This document shows positions 20,510 through 31,552 of a stretch of DNA of 64,000 nucleotides, one piece after another. The stretch's first letter is position 1; each line of letters opens with the position of its first letter. Source of the DNA: Clostridiales bacterium. Its GTDB lineage: Bacteria > Bacillota > Clostridia > Lachnospirales > Lachnospiraceae. The notes beneath the pieces were generated by a model that did not search any database, was not told the origin of the DNA, and was given only the letters and a program-made list of their open reading frames with translations. The stretch lies in assembly GCA_021203365.1 (NCBI GenBank), contig JAJQBI010000049.1, forward strand, positions 63,383-127,382, given 5' to 3'. A program made the translations under genes and the position numbers.

Positions 20510-22357
20510 GTGAACAAGCAGTCAAGCAGAATTGGCCTGTATCTGGTTCTGATCGTGGCGCTGGTGTTGGGATATATGTATCTGGATACCCAGGTTGCCA
20601 CGGACAGCGATTACACCATGCTTCAGCTGGAACAGGCTCTTGAAGATGAAACCGTGATTTCCGCCGTGATTTCTCAGAACCAGGAGGTTCCAACCGGATC
20701 TGTCACTGTGGAGATTGTGGGAGAAGGATCCCAGGTCCTTTATGTAACCGATGTGAACGATGTGCAGGAGCTCCTGGAGAGCTACGGGATTTCCACCACG
20801 GTGGAGGACGTGTCCGGGGATAGCCTTTTCCTCACCACTTTTCTTCCCATTCTTCTGTCCGGGGGAATTGTGATCTTTCTGTTTGTGATGATGAACCGGC
20901 AGATGTCCGGGGGCGGCGGGAGCAATTCAAAAATGATGAACTTCGGCAAGAGCCGCGCCCATATGTCCGGCCCGGACGATAAAAAGGTTACCTTTGCCAA
21001 TGTGGCCGGTCTTCAGGAGGAAAAAGAGGATCTGGAGGAAGTGGTGGACTTCCTGAAATCTCCTCAGAAATATACGAAGGTGGGCGCCCGGATTCCCAAG
21101 GGCGTGCTCCTTGTGGGACCTCCCGGAACCGGGAAAACTCTTCTGGCGAAGGCGGTGGCCGGGGAGGCGGGCGTGCCATTCTTTTCCATCTCCGGCTCAG
21201 ATTTTGTGGAGATGTTTGTGGGCGTGGGAGCTTCCCGCGTACGTGATCTTTTTGAGGAAGGCAAACGTCACGCGCCCTGTATTATTTTTATCGATGAGAT
21301 TGATGCCGTGGCCAGGCAGCGCGGCACCGGAATGGGCGGCGGCCACGATGAGCGGGAGCAGACCCTGAACCAGCTTCTCGTGGAGATGGATGGATTTGGA
21401 GTCAATGAAGGGATTATCGTTATGGCGGCGACCAACCGGGTGGACATTCTGGATCCGGCGATCCTGCGTCCCGGGCGTTTTGACCGGAAGGTGGCTGTGG
21501 GCCGGCCGGATGTGAAAGGCAGGGAGGAAATACTCCAGGTGCACGCCAAGGATAAGCCTCTGGCGGAGGATGTGGATCTGCGCCAGATCGCCCAGACGAC
21601 GGCCGGTTTTACCGGCGCGGATCTGGAAAACCTTCTGAATGAGGCCGCAATTGTGGCTGCAAAGGAAAGCCGCTCCTATATCATGCAGCAGGACATCAAG
21701 GCTTCCTTTATTAAGGTTGGGATCGGTGCGGAAAAGAGAAGCAAGGTGATCTCCGAGAAGGAAAAGAAGATCACAGCCTATCACGAGGCGGGCCATGCAA
21801 TTCTTTTCCATGTGCTGCCGGATATGGAGCCGGTATATACGATTTCCATCATCCCCACCGGGATGGGGGCCGCGGGCTATACCATGCCCATTCCGGAAAA
21901 TGATGAGATGTTTAACACAAAGGGAAAAATGCTTCAGAGCATTACCACCCTGCTGGGAGGGCGTGTGGCGGAGGAGATTATTTTCGGTGATATTACCACA
22001 GGCGCTTCCAACGATATCAAGCAGGCGACCAGCACGGCCCGCTCCATGGTGATGAAATACGGGATGTCGGACAAGGTGGGACTGATTGCCTATGGAAATG
22101 ATGACGACGAGGTGTTTATCGGCCGGGATCTGGCCCATACCAGAGGGTACAGTGAGGAGGTCGCAAGGGAAATCGACGAGGAGATTCATCGCATTATTCA
22201 GGAGTGCCATGAGAGAGCCCGTGAGATTATCGGGGCGCATATGGATGTACTTCACGGGTGCGCGGAACTGCTCCTTGAGAAGGAAAAAGTGCAGCGGGAT
22301 GAATTTGAGGCACTTTTTACATCGGATAATTCTTCAATTTCGGAAGCCTCTATATAA
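20510..22357 (+). CDS. ftsH: ATP-dependent zinc metalloprotease FtsH
   Basis: Two TMs, [20 protein letters not shown]. Confidence 0.97.
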   Translation: MNKQSSRIGLYLVLIVALVLGYMYLDTQVATDSDYTMLQLEQALEDETVISAVISQNQEVPTGSVTVEIVGEGSQVLYVTDVNDVQELLESYGISTTVEDVSGDSLFLTTFLPILLSGGIVIFLFVMMNRQMSGGGGSNSKMMNFGKSRAHMSGPDDKKVTFANVAGLQEEKEDLEEVVDFLKSPQKYTKVGARIPKGVLLVGPPGTGKTLLAKAVAGEAGVPFFSISGSDFVEMFVGVGASRVRDLFEEGKRHAPCIIFIDEIDAVARQRGTGMGGGHDEREQTLNQLLVEMDGFGVNEGIIVMAATNRVDILDPAILRPGRFDRKVAVGRPDVKGREEILQVHAKDKPLAEDVDLRQIAQTTAGFTGADLENLLNEAAIVAAKESRSYIMQQDIKASFIKVGIGAEKRSKVISEKEKKITAYHEAGHAILFHVLPDMEPVYTISIIPTGMGAAGYTMPIPENDEMFNTKGKMLQSITTLLGGRVAEEIIFGDITTGASNDIKQATSTARSMVMKYGMSDKVGLIAYGNDDDEVFIGRDLAHTRGYSEEVAREIDEEIHRIIQECHERAREIIGAHMDVLHGCAELLLEKEKVQRDEFEALFTSDNSSISEASI

Positions 22358-22431
22358 AATAGCTAAAAAATGATGCTGATTTTTGTGAAGTTTGTGCAGA
22401 CTTTTTGAGGGTTCCATGGTACTATATATAT

Positions 22432-22530
22432 CGTAAAAACCCCCAATACATTATATAGTTTTTGCTACACCCCATAAGATGAAATACCTTCTCCAAAAGA
22501 GCCAGCTTATCCCGCTGGCTCTTTTACTTT
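22432..22530 (+). ncRNA. Candidate C-rich small RNA between ftsH and the GH13 gene
   Basis: Extended -10 TGGTACTAT (22417-22425), three C-rich tracts, own terminator, separate downstream promoter. Confidence 0.5.
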
Positions 22531-22532
22531 TT
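22495..22532 (+). terminator. Intrinsic terminator
   Basis: AAAAGAGCCAGC-TTATCCC-GCTGGCTCTTTT plus T run. Confidence 0.85.
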
Positions 22533-22542
22533 CCGAAAATCA

Positions 22543-22571
22543 TTGCCAAAAGCGGATGAATGCTTTACAAT
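22543..22571 (+). promoter_or_regulatory. SigA promoter of the GH13 gene
   Basis: TTGCCA-17 bp-TACAAT. Confidence 0.6.
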
Positions 22572-22635
22572 GTTAAATACGTCTTACAAGTTACTTTTTG
22601 TCGTTACAATCTTTGTATGAGGCGAGGGCATATTT

Positions 22636-24741
22636 ATGAAACCTGAGAGGATGGAAGGCCTGAAAAAAATGCAGTACATGCTGAATATGCGTCCGGTTCT
22701 GAATAAGGATGCCATGTTCAGCGACGGTACCGAAACCTATCGCATACCCACAGATCCGGACGCGGGGGACACTGTAACCATCCGGTTCCGCACGCAGCGA
22801 AACAATGTGGATATGGTGTATCTGGTATACGGAGACTGCCGTCAGGAAATGCGGATTGAGGAAAGCCGGAACGGCTTTGACTATTATGCTGCCAGAGTCA
22901 TTATGGGCGAAGAGCCCTTCCGCTATCATTTTGAGATTCAGTATGGCTGGGTTGTCTGTTATTACAACAGTCAGGGGGTCAGCACCGCGCAGGAGGGGAG
23001 GATGGATTTTGTCATCTATCCCGGATTTCATACGCCGGACTGGGCGAAGGGCGCGGTGATGTACCAGATTTTTGTAGAGCGGTTTTACAACGGCGATCCA
23101 TCCAATGATGTGGAAACCGGTGAGTTTTCCTACATCGGCGAGACCTCCGTCCGTGTTCTGGACTGGGATAAGACGCCGGCGGTGATGGGCGTGCGGGAAT
23201 TTTACGGCGGAGATCTCCAGGGCGTGATGGATAAGCTGGATTACCTGCAGGAGCTGGGGGTGGAAGTAATCTACCTGAACCCGATTTTTGTCTCCCCCAG
23301 CAACCACAAATATGACTGCCAGGATTATGACTATGTGGATCCTCATTTTGGGAAAATCGTGGCAGACTGTGACGATCTTCTGGCTCCGGAAGACCGGGAC
23401 AATTCTCACGCGGGGAAGTACATCCGCCGGGTGACTGACAGGCGGAATCTGGAGGCCAGCAATCAGCTGTTTGCCAGCCTGACCCGGGAGATTCACCGAA
23501 GAGGGATGAGAATCATTCTGGATGGAGTTTTTAACCATTGTGGTTCCTTTAACAAGTGGCTGGACCGGGAACGGATCTATGAGCGCCAGGAAGGGTATCC
23601 AAAGGGGGCTTATATCTCGGCGGACAGTCCGTATCGGAGTTTTTTCAACTTTAAGGAGAAGGATCAGTGGCCTTATAATGGAAGCTACGATGGATGGTGG
23701 ACCCATGAGACCCTGCCAAAGCTGAATTATGAGGAATCCCCGGAGCTTTATGACTATATGCTGGAAATCGGGAAAAAATGGGTTTCTCCTCCCTATAACA
23801 TTGACGGGTGGAGGCTGGACGTGGCCGCGGACCTGGGCTATGAAAGCGACTTCAATCACCGGTTCTGGAAGGATTTCCGGAAGGCTGTGAAGGAGGCCAA
23901 TCCGGATGCGGTGATTCTGGCGGAGCATTATGGAAATCCGGAAAGCTGGCTTCTGGGGGACGAGTGGGATACGGTGATGAACTATGACGCTTTTATGGAG
24001 CCGGTCACCTGGTTTCTCACCGGAATGGAAAAGCACAGCGATGAGAAGCGGGAAGACCTGTACGGAAACAGCGAAGTTTTTATCCGCACGATGAAAGCGC
24101 ATATGCCGTCCCTTCATATGGCGGCTCTTGGCAGCGCCATGAATGAGCTCTCCAATCATGATCATTCCCGTTTCCTGACCAGAACCAACCGGAGGGTGGG
24201 AAGGATTTCCTACGCGGGGGCAGAGGCAGCCTCCCAGGGGATCAATCCGGCTGTGATGCGGGAGGCGGTGGTCATACAGATGACCTGGCCCGGTTCCCCC
24301 ACGATCTACTACGGAGATGAGGCCGGAGTCTGCGGATTTACGGATCCGGATAACCGGAGAACCTACCCCTGGGGACATGAGGACCGGGAAATGATCGATT
24401 TTCACCGGCAGATGATCGCCCTTCACCGGCGCTGGCCGGTTCTGAAAAACGGTTCTCTGGAATTTCTGTGGAATGAGTATCAGGGGCTGAGCTACGGGAG
24501 ATTTTCGCAGGAGGAGCAGATCATTGTGGTAGTCAATAACCTGGATCAGGCACGCACAGTGCAGATCCGGGTATGGAGAACCGGCATCAGCCGCATGGGG
24601 GATACAGTTCTGGAACGGGTCATGCTGACCCACAGAGACGGCTTTACGCAGGAGAAGGTTTCCTACATGGCCAAGGCGGGAATCCTGTATATGGAAATGC
24701 CCGCGTACAGCGCGGCGGTGCTTTATCATGGGCAGGTATAG
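22636..24741 (+). CDS. GH13 alpha-glycosidase (neopullulanase/cyclomaltodextrinase-like)
   Basis: GGDLQG, DGVFNH, DGWRLDVA, NHDHSR, YYGDEAG..DPDNRR. Confidence 0.9.
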   Translation: MKPERMEGLKKMQYMLNMRPVLNKDAMFSDGTETYRIPTDPDAGDTVTIRFRTQRNNVDMVYLVYGDCRQEMRIEESRNGFDYYAARVIMGEEPFRYHFEIQYGWVVCYYNSQGVSTAQEGRMDFVIYPGFHTPDWAKGAVMYQIFVERFYNGDPSNDVETGEFSYIGETSVRVLDWDKTPAVMGVREFYGGDLQGVMDKLDYLQELGVEVIYLNPIFVSPSNHKYDCQDYDYVDPHFGKIVADCDDLLAPEDRDNSHAGKYIRRVTDRRNLEASNQLFASLTREIHRRGMRIILDGVFNHCGSFNKWLDRERIYERQEGYPKGAYISADSPYRSFFNFKEKDQWPYNGSYDGWWTHETLPKLNYEESPELYDYMLEIGKKWVSPPYNIDGWRLDVAADLGYESDFNHRFWKDFRKAVKEANPDAVILAEHYGNPESWLLGDEWDTVMNYDAFMEPVTWFLTGMEKHSDEKREDLYGNSEVFIRTMKAHMPSLHMAALGSAMNELSNHDHSRFLTRTNRRVGRISYAGAEAASQGINPAVMREAVVIQMTWPGSPTIYYGDEAGVCGFTDPDNRRTYPWGHEDREMIDFHRQMIALHRRWPVLKNGSLEFLWNEYQGLSYGRFSQEEQIIVVVNNLDQARTVQIRVWRTGISRMGDTVLERVMLTHRDGFTQEKVSYMAKAGILYMEMPAYSAAVLYHGQV

Positions 24742-24874
24742 GCTTTTGCGAGGCTGAGAGAGGGGAACATCTTTTGTGTATTTTGGCAAAACTATAGACG
24801 AAATCAGAAAAATCTGCTAAAATAGGCACTATCTGGATACAGATCACAGTAATGAGATTAGGAGGAATAAAGAA

Positions 24875-25741
24875 ATGGCATTAGTAAGCGCAACAGAGAT
24901 GCTTCAGAAGGCAAAGGCCGGTCACTACGCAGTAGGACAGTTTAACATCAACAATCTGGAGTGGACGAAGGCAATTCTTCTCACCGCGCAGGAGCTGAAC
25001 TCCCCGGTGATCCTTGGTGTATCCGAGGGCGCGGGCAAATATATGTGCGGCTATAAGACCGTTGTAGGCATGGTAAACGGCATGCTGGAAGAGCTGAAGA
25101 TTACCGTTCCGGTTGCCCTGCATCTGGATCACGGCACCTATGACGGCTGTCTGAAGTGTGTGGAGGCTGGCTTCTCATCCATCATGTTTGACGGCTCTCA
25201 TTATCCCATCGAGGAGAACGTGGCCAAGACCCAGGAGCTGGTGAAGATCGTTGCCGAGCATGGAATGTCTCTGGAAGCAGAGGTAGGAGCCATCGGCGGT
25301 GAGGAAGACGGCGTAATCGGTATGGGCGAGTGCGCGGATCCCCAGGAGTGCAAGAGAATCGCGGATCTGGGAATTGATTTCCTGGCAGCCGGAATCGGCA
25401 ACATCCACGGCAAATATCCGGCGAACTGGCAGGGACTGAGCTTTGAGACTCTGGATGCCATCCAGCAGCTGACCGGAGATATGCCTCTGGTTCTTCACGG
25501 CGGCACAGGCATCCCGGCCGACCAGATTAAGAAGGCAATCACTCTTGGCGTATCCAAGATCAACGTGAACACCGAGTGCCAGCTTTCCTTTGCAGCGGCC
25601 ACCAGAGAGTATATTGAGGCCGGCAAGGATCAGCAGGGCAAGGGATATGATCCCCGGAAGCTTCTCGCACCGGGCTTTGAGGCGATCAAGGCGACTGTGA
25701 AAGAGAAGATCGAGCTGTTCGGTTCCGCAGGCAAGGCCTGA
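24875..25741 (+). CDS. fba: Class II fructose-1,6-bisphosphate aldolase
   Basis: ALHLDHG, MFDGS, GNIHG, VLHGGTG, KINVNT. Confidence 0.96.
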   Translation: MALVSATEMLQKAKAGHYAVGQFNINNLEWTKAILLTAQELNSPVILGVSEGAGKYMCGYKTVVGMVNGMLEELKITVPVALHLDHGTYDGCLKCVEAGFSSIMFDGSHYPIEENVAKTQELVKIVAEHGMSLEAEVGAIGGEEDGVIGMGECADPQECKRIADLGIDFLAAGIGNIHGKYPANWQGLSFETLDAIQQLTGDMPLVLHGGTGIPADQIKKAITLGVSKINVNTECQLSFAAATREYIEAGKDQQGKGYDPRKLLAPGFEAIKATVKEKIELFGSAGKA

Positions 25742-25920
25742 AAAAGGGAAAGAAGCAAAAATAAGAAAAGGCTGTCCGCCGCAGGGAATATCTTCCCGCG
25801 AAGGGCAGCTTTTTTGCTGCGATTCTTAGGACCCGAAATGGTGTCGGTTGCAATTTTTTTCTGTACGGGGTATACTTTAGAAAAAAGTTTTAAGAAAATG
25901 AATCAGAGGAGAGGTAAAAT

Positions 25921-27210
25921 ATGAGTGATTACAGATTAAATACCAAATGTGTACAGGGCGGTTATCATCCGGGCAACGGGGAGCCCCGTCAGATTCCGAT
26001 TATTCAGTCCACAACCTTCAAATATGACACCAGTGAGGATATGGGAAAGCTTTTTGACCTGGAGGCGGAGGGATATTTTTATACCAGACTGCAGAACCCC
26101 ACCAACGACCGGGTGGCGGCCAAGATCGCGGAGCTGGAGGGCGGTACCGCGGGCATGCTGACCTCCTCCGGCCAGGCGGCGAATTTTTTCGCTCTGTTCA
26201 ATATCTGTGAATGCGGAAGCCACATTGTGGCGTCTTCCTCCATTTATGGCGGGACCTTCAACCTGATTTCCGTCACCATGGCAAAAATGGGAATCGACGT
26301 CACCTTTGTCTCGCCGGACGCGTCTATGGAGGAGCTGAACGCGGCCTTTCGGGAGAACACACGGGCGATGTTCGGGGAAACCATCGCCAACCCGGCTCTG
26401 ACGGTGCTGGACATTGAAAAATTTGCCGCGGCGGCCCATGCTCACGGCGTGCCGCTGATCGTGGACAATACCTTCCCCACGCCGGTAAACTGCCGTCCAA
26501 TTGAGTGGGGCGCAGATATTGTGACGCATTCCACAACCAAATATATGGACGGACACGGAGCGGCGGTGGGCGGCGCCATTGTAGATTCCGGGAAATTTGA
26601 CTGGATGGCCCACGCGGACAAATATCCGGGGCTGTGTAAGCCGGACGATTCCTACCATGGGATCACCTATGCGGAAAAATTCGGAAAGGAGGGCGCGTTT
26701 ATCACAAAATGTACGGCCCAGCTGATGCGGGACTTTGGCTGTATTCAGTCTCCGCAGCACGCCTTTATTCTGAATCTGGGGCTGGAATCCCTCCATGTGC
26801 GGATGCAGCGCCATGTGGAAAACGGACAGGCTGTGGCGGAATATCTGTCTCGGTGCCCGAAGGTGGCTGCCGTGAACTATCCCGGCCTTCCCGGCGACGC
26901 TTACTATGAGATTGCGCAGAAATATCTGCCCAATGGCGGCTGCGGTGTGGTTTCCTTTGAACTGAAGGGCGGACGCCCGACGGCGGAGGCCTTTATGAAG
27001 GAGCTGAAGCTGGCGGCCATTGAGACTCATGTGGCAGACGCCCGCACCTGCTGTCTGAATCCGGCCACATCCACTCACAGACAGATGAGCGACGCGCAGC
27101 TGGCGGCGGCCGGTGTCCCGGCCGGGCTGATCCGCATTTCCTGCGGGCTGGAGGACAAGGAGGATCTGATCGAGGATCTGGAGCAGGCCATGAGGGTTGT
27201 GAGCGATTGA
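25921..27210 (+). CDS. metY: O-acetylhomoserine aminocarboxypropyltransferase / sulfhydrylase
   Basis: YTRLQNPT, SSGQAA, HSTTKYMDGHG (PLP lysine), PATSTHRQ. Confidence 0.88.
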   Translation: MSDYRLNTKCVQGGYHPGNGEPRQIPIIQSTTFKYDTSEDMGKLFDLEAEGYFYTRLQNPTNDRVAAKIAELEGGTAGMLTSSGQAANFFALFNICECGSHIVASSSIYGGTFNLISVTMAKMGIDVTFVSPDASMEELNAAFRENTRAMFGETIANPALTVLDIEKFAAAAHAHGVPLIVDNTFPTPVNCRPIEWGADIVTHSTTKYMDGHGAAVGGAIVDSGKFDWMAHADKYPGLCKPDDSYHGITYAEKFGKEGAFITKCTAQLMRDFGCIQSPQHAFILNLGLESLHVRMQRHVENGQAVAEYLSRCPKVAAVNYPGLPGDAYYEIAQKYLPNGGCGVVSFELKGGRPTAEAFMKELKLAAIETHVADARTCCLNPATSTHRQMSDAQLAAAGVPAGLIRISCGLEDKEDLIEDLEQAMRVVSD

Positions 27211-27269
27211 AAAACCCTCCCGGAAACACTTTAATATGTGAAAGTCACCGGAAATAATTTTCGGAAACC

Positions 27270-27298
27270 TTGAAAACCCTGAACCGCTTTGCTATAAT
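27270..27298 (+). promoter_or_regulatory. SigA promoter ~180 bp upstream of the MATE gene
   Basis: TTGAAA-17 bp-TATAAT. Confidence 0.65.
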
Positions 27299-27477
27299 GT
27301 AAAGCTGTCTGTCAATCCATGATTTGAGAGTGCTGTACCTTTAAGGAGTATTTCAAACAATGGTTGTCTTCTGAGGCCGGTGCCTGCCGGCAATTTCAGA
27401 GAAAAATGAACGCGGCTGTTTCCGGGAAACCATAAACAGCGGCAAAAACTGAAATTTTATGAAAAGAGGAGAGAAAC

Positions 27478-28824
27478 ATGGGAGAACTGAATAAAATGCG
27501 TACAGCACCGATGCCAAGGCTGGTCTTTGATATGTCATGGCCTTTAATGATTTCATTGCTTGTACAGTCTCTTTACAACATTGTGGACAGTATTTTTGTG
27601 GCCAGAATAAGCGAGGACGCTCTTACCGCCACATCCCTGGCGTTTCCGGTGCAGCTGCTTATGATTGCCTTTTCGGTGGGAACCAGTGTGGGAATCAACG
27701 CGATCCTTTCCCAGAGCATCGGGGCGCAGAAGAAGGAGGAGACCGGGGTGATCGCCACTACAGGCGTGATCCTGTCCCTGGTGGGAACCCTGCTTTTTAT
27801 GGTTCCCGGACTTGCGTGCTGCGGTTCCATTGTCCGGCTGTTTACAGACGACGCGGAGCTGGGAGAGTTGTGCCGGCAGTATCTGTCCATCTGCATGATT
27901 TTCTGTGTGGGAACCTTTATCGGAACCATGTTTCAGCGCTTTCTCCAGGCGGTGGGAGATACCTTCAGCAGTATGATCACCCTGGTGGCGGGAGCTCTGA
28001 CCAACATTGTTCTGGACCCCATCCTGATTTTCGGTCTGCTTGGGCTGCCGGAGATGGGAATTGTAGGTGCGGCCATTGCCACTGTGATTGGCCAGTGGGT
28101 CACCGCGATTCTGGCCGTGTGGCTGAACCGGACGAAGAATCCCACCGTGAAGCTGAAGTTCCATGGCTATCGGCCCAGTCCTGAGATTCTGGGAAAGATT
28201 TTTAAGGTTGGTCTTCCCACCATTATTATGGAAGCGCTGGGCAGTGTTATGGTGATTGCCATGAATAAGATCCTGATTCCCTTTTCCACCACAGCGGTGG
28301 CTTTTTTCGGGGTATATTACAAGCTGCAGAATTTCCTGTTTCTGCCCACAAAGGGCCTGGGGCAGGCCGCCATTCCCATTGCCGGCTACAGCTATGGTTC
28401 CAGGAATATGAAACGGGTGGATGAGCTGATGCGGGTGACCATTCCGGCTGCGGCCGTGATCGCGGTTGTGGCGTCTGTGATCTTCTTTGCCATTCCGGGA
28501 CCTCTGCTATCCCTGTTTTCCGCCAGCGAGGAAATGCTGTCCATGGGCGTGCCCGCCCTGCGCATCATTGCTCCCACCTTCATTTTCGCGTCGGTGACCA
28601 CCGTCCTAGGCTATATCATGTCCGGACTTGGAAACGGCATGATCAATATGCTGGGAACTGCCTTCCGGCAGTTCCTTGTGCTGATTCCCTGTGCCTATCT
28701 TCTGGCAAGGGCAGGCGGTATTCAATCTGTGTGGTACTCCCTGTGGGTATCGGAGCTGGTCGCCTTCCTGTACGCGGTTATACATTCCAGGCACATACTT
28801 AAGGTGTTAAAGGAAAAGAAATAA
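27478..28824 (+). CDS. MATE family efflux transporter
   Basis: QSLYNIVDSIFV, NIVLDPILIFG, GAAIATVIGQ; multiple TM segments. Confidence 0.93.
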   Translation: MGELNKMRTAPMPRLVFDMSWPLMISLLVQSLYNIVDSIFVARISEDALTATSLAFPVQLLMIAFSVGTSVGINAILSQSIGAQKKEETGVIATTGVILSLVGTLLFMVPGLACCGSIVRLFTDDAELGELCRQYLSICMIFCVGTFIGTMFQRFLQAVGDTFSSMITLVAGALTNIVLDPILIFGLLGLPEMGIVGAAIATVIGQWVTAILAVWLNRTKNPTVKLKFHGYRPSPEILGKIFKVGLPTIIMEALGSVMVIAMNKILIPFSTTAVAFFGVYYKLQNFLFLPTKGLGQAAIPIAGYSYGSRNMKRVDELMRVTIPAAAVIAVVASVIFFAIPGPLLSLFSASEEMLSMGVPALRIIAPTFIFASVTTVLGYIMSGLGNGMINMLGTAFRQFLVLIPCAYLLARAGGIQSVWYSLWVSELVAFLYAVIHSRHILKVLKEKK

Positions 28825-28841
28825 AAATACATACAGACAGG

Positions 28842-28890
28842 AAAAACAGCCGCTGCGGTCTCTGATGAGAGTCACTGCAGCGGCTGTTTT
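28842..28890. terminator. Bidirectional terminator between the MATE and PucR genes
   Basis: AAAAACAGCCGCTGC...GCAGCGGCTGTTTT. Confidence 0.8.
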
Positions 28891-30354
28891 ACACTTTTTT
28901 TTCCATCTGTTCCCGAAGTGCCAGGGAAAGAGAAAGATAAGCCCGGGTTTCCGGATCCTGAAAATCAATTCCAGTCAGCTCCAGGATTCGCGAGAGACGA
29001 TATTTCAGAGTATTTCTGTGAATATGGAGCTTTTGAGAAACGCAGGACTGATTTCGGTCTTCACGCAGGTAAACGGTCAGAGTCCGCAGGTATTCCGTGC
29101 CGCAGGCCGCATCATATTCGGAGAGGAGGTCCAGTGCCGGGTGCAGCAGGTATGGGGTCATTTCCTGCTTTGTCAGTTGTTTAAGCATATAGGGCCAGGC
29201 ACAGTCACGGCAGTGGGAGATGTCGGCTGAGACATTTTGTTCCAGCGCAAATCTGCCCTGCTGCCAGGCATCTGCCAGTTTTTCCAGGTCAGAAAAGGGC
29301 ATGGAAACGCCGATCCGCATGCTGGACATTCCAAATGTCTGTTTAAATTCGGAAAGGAAGGCTTCGCAGTTTTTCCGGGAGAGGAAGATCAGTACATTGG
29401 TTTCGTATTCCATCGCGTAATTTGGGGTGGAAAAATGAGACAGAGAACGGAGAAAAATGCGTCTCTGTGTATAATTGCGGATGGTGGGATTTTCCTGTAC
29501 CAGAAGCTGCCACGGAGCCGGAATCCGGGTGCGCCGGAGAAAAGAATCAAGGGCTTCTTTTTTTATTACTTCGCCTTTGAGAATCGCAGTAAAAAGTGAC
29601 TTGCCGGAACGAATCAGGGAGGTTTCTCCGGAGAATTCCGCGGCGCGCAGAAAAAAACGCTCAGCAGTGAACAGAGCTGGAGATCCATTTCCGTTTCCAG
29701 GTCATCTGTCTGTTCGATCAGAACAAATCCCACAGGCTCTCTGTCCGCGTACAGGTACATGCATACAGCGGAAACACTCGTGTTTTCCATATGCAGAAGC
29801 TGGGGATGGTCCGACAGATCCCGGGAGAGCTGTCCGCTGCTGTCAAGATATCGCTGCGTCAGAGTCTGATCCGCCAGTTTTCTGTTTTTTACCATGTCGT
29901 CCCAGTAGGGATCAGCGCCTGGAATACTTTCTCCGGCAAGACCCAGCAGATTTCCCTCAATGTCCAGAACAGCCACGGGAGAACGGATGACCGTCGAGGC
30001 CAGATCCACCATCTGCTGCACAGAGGCTGAGGAGGAGGCTGCCTTTCGCAGACGCTCCTCAAAATCCGCAAAATAGTCAAAGGCGCCCAGGATATCGTTC
30101 AGAAGCTCCTCATAATCGCAGTTTTTGCACAGAATTCTGCTTTTGCCGCTGACCAGAATGCAGGAATTATTGTATTTGGGATCTGAAAAATAGTTTTCGG
30201 CCTGCCCCAGATATACATATTCAGGGGAAAGGGGAAATCTCTGATCGGAGATAAAGCGGACTCCCCGGATTTCCATGCGGTCCTCCAGAATGGTTCCCTG
30301 CATGGAATAATAAGGGGAGAGGTATTTTTTTAACAGGGACATACTGATCTTCAT
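28889..30354 (-). pseudogene. PucR/CdaR-family transcriptional regulator split by a frameshift in a T7 run (29651-29657)
   Basis: ORFs 29614-30354 and 28889-29413 join into one frame if the run is T8; C-terminal HTH LHIHRNTLKYRL. Confidence 0.85.
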
Positions 30355-30367
30355 ATATTATTTCTCC

Positions 30368-30528
30368 TTGTCCAAATTGCACAATACAAAGTATAACAGT
30401 TTTTTTTCTTCTCGTCCAGCCTGGTCATGTTCAAAAACGTTTCAAGTGTATAAAATATGATACAGAAGCTCTGAATAAAAGGTACGTACCGTGTCCGATC
30501 CGGGCCGTATCCTGTGCAAATTAGACAA
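30368..30528. promoter_or_regulatory. Two mutually inverted PucR/CdaR-type operator candidates in the divergent promoter region
   Basis: TTGTCCAAATTGCACAA (30368-30384) and CTGTGCAAATTAGACAA (30512-30528), 14/17 identical as inverted copies. Confidence 0.55.
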
Positions 30529-30544
30529 TAAGGAGGAATGTGTT

Positions 30545-31552
30545 ATGCTTTCACCAAAAGAAAATTATCGTAACTCATTTTTACACAAGGCCACGCCTTA
30601 TGTCCCCTGTGCCCTGACAGATTCCGCAATTCTGGGTTTTGGCGCGCATAACGGACCATGGTTTGAGAAAGGTCCGGAGGGAGGCGGCTATGATGGCTTT
30701 GGGGTTCGCTGGCTTACCCCGGAGTCCGGCAACAATGCGGCAATTCCGGCCTCGGACGTATATCTTCTGGATGATATCTGCGACTGGCGGGAAAAGGTGC
30801 ATATTCCCATGGAGGAGCTGAATGCGTTTGACTGGGAGGCCTATCTGAAAAACGACGAGCATTTTGAAAACATTGACCGGGAGAAGGTGCTGGTTGAGTT
30901 TGGCGTGGGAAATGGATGTTTTGAGCGCCTGATGTCTCTGCTGGGGTTTGTGGAGGGTCTGATGGCTCTTGCGACAGATCCGGAGGAGTGCTGTGCGTTC
31001 TTTGACGCCCTGACAGATTATCAAATTGCCTACATCCGGAAAATTAAGGAGCATGTAAATCCGGATATTATCAATTATTATGATGATGTAGCGACGGAGA
31101 GAGGACTTTTTATGTCTCCGGACACGTATCGCAGACTGATCAAGCCCTATCACAAGAAGGTGATGGATGCCATTCATGAGATGGGAATGTTTGCCACTTA
31201 TCATTGCTGCGGACGGGCGGAAGATATTGTGGAAGACATGATTGAGATCGGTGCAGACCAGTGGTCTTCTGTGCAGATTTCCAATGATATTGAAGCTCTT
31301 ATCCAGAAATACGGAGATCAGATTACCTTCTCCGGTGGTTTTGACAGCAACGGACCGGTGGCTCTGGAGGGCGCTACGCCGGAGATGATTCAGGCAGAGG
31401 CCAGGCGCTGTGTGAACAGCTATGGAAAATACGGGAAGGCCTACAGTCTGTTTGGCTTCTTCCTGAACAACGATCCGGCCATGGTGGGAAGAAATTTCGG
31501 CATACTGTTTGGAGAATTTATGCCTTACCGCATGTCCAGGATCAGCGGATGA
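30545..31552 (+). CDS. UroD/MtaA-family corrinoid-dependent methyltransferase (O-demethylase-like)
   Basis: DGFGVRW, GCFERL, YYDDVA..GLFMSPD.YR, HCCG Zn motif; AAGGAGG RBS. Confidence 0.8.
   Translation: MLSPKENYRNSFLHKATPYVPCALTDSAILGFGAHNGPWFEKGPEGGGYDGFGVRWLTPESGNNAAIPASDVYLLDDICDWREKVHIPMEELNAFDWEAYLKNDEHFENIDREKVLVEFGVGNGCFERLMSLLGFVEGLMALATDPEECCAFFDALTDYQIAYIRKIKEHVNPDIINYYDDVATERGLFMSPDTYRRLIKPYHKKVMDAIHEMGMFATYHCCGRAEDIVEDMIEIGADQWSSVQISNDIEALIQKYGDQITFSGGFDSNGPVALEGATPEMIQAEARRCVNSYGKYGKAYSLFGFFLNNDPAMVGRNFGILFGEFMPYRMSRISG

Noticed and set aside
25742-25920. SAM riboswitch or T-box upstream of metY
   Set aside because: Only the fba terminator and a promoter-like sequence are visible; no S-box or T-box consensus.
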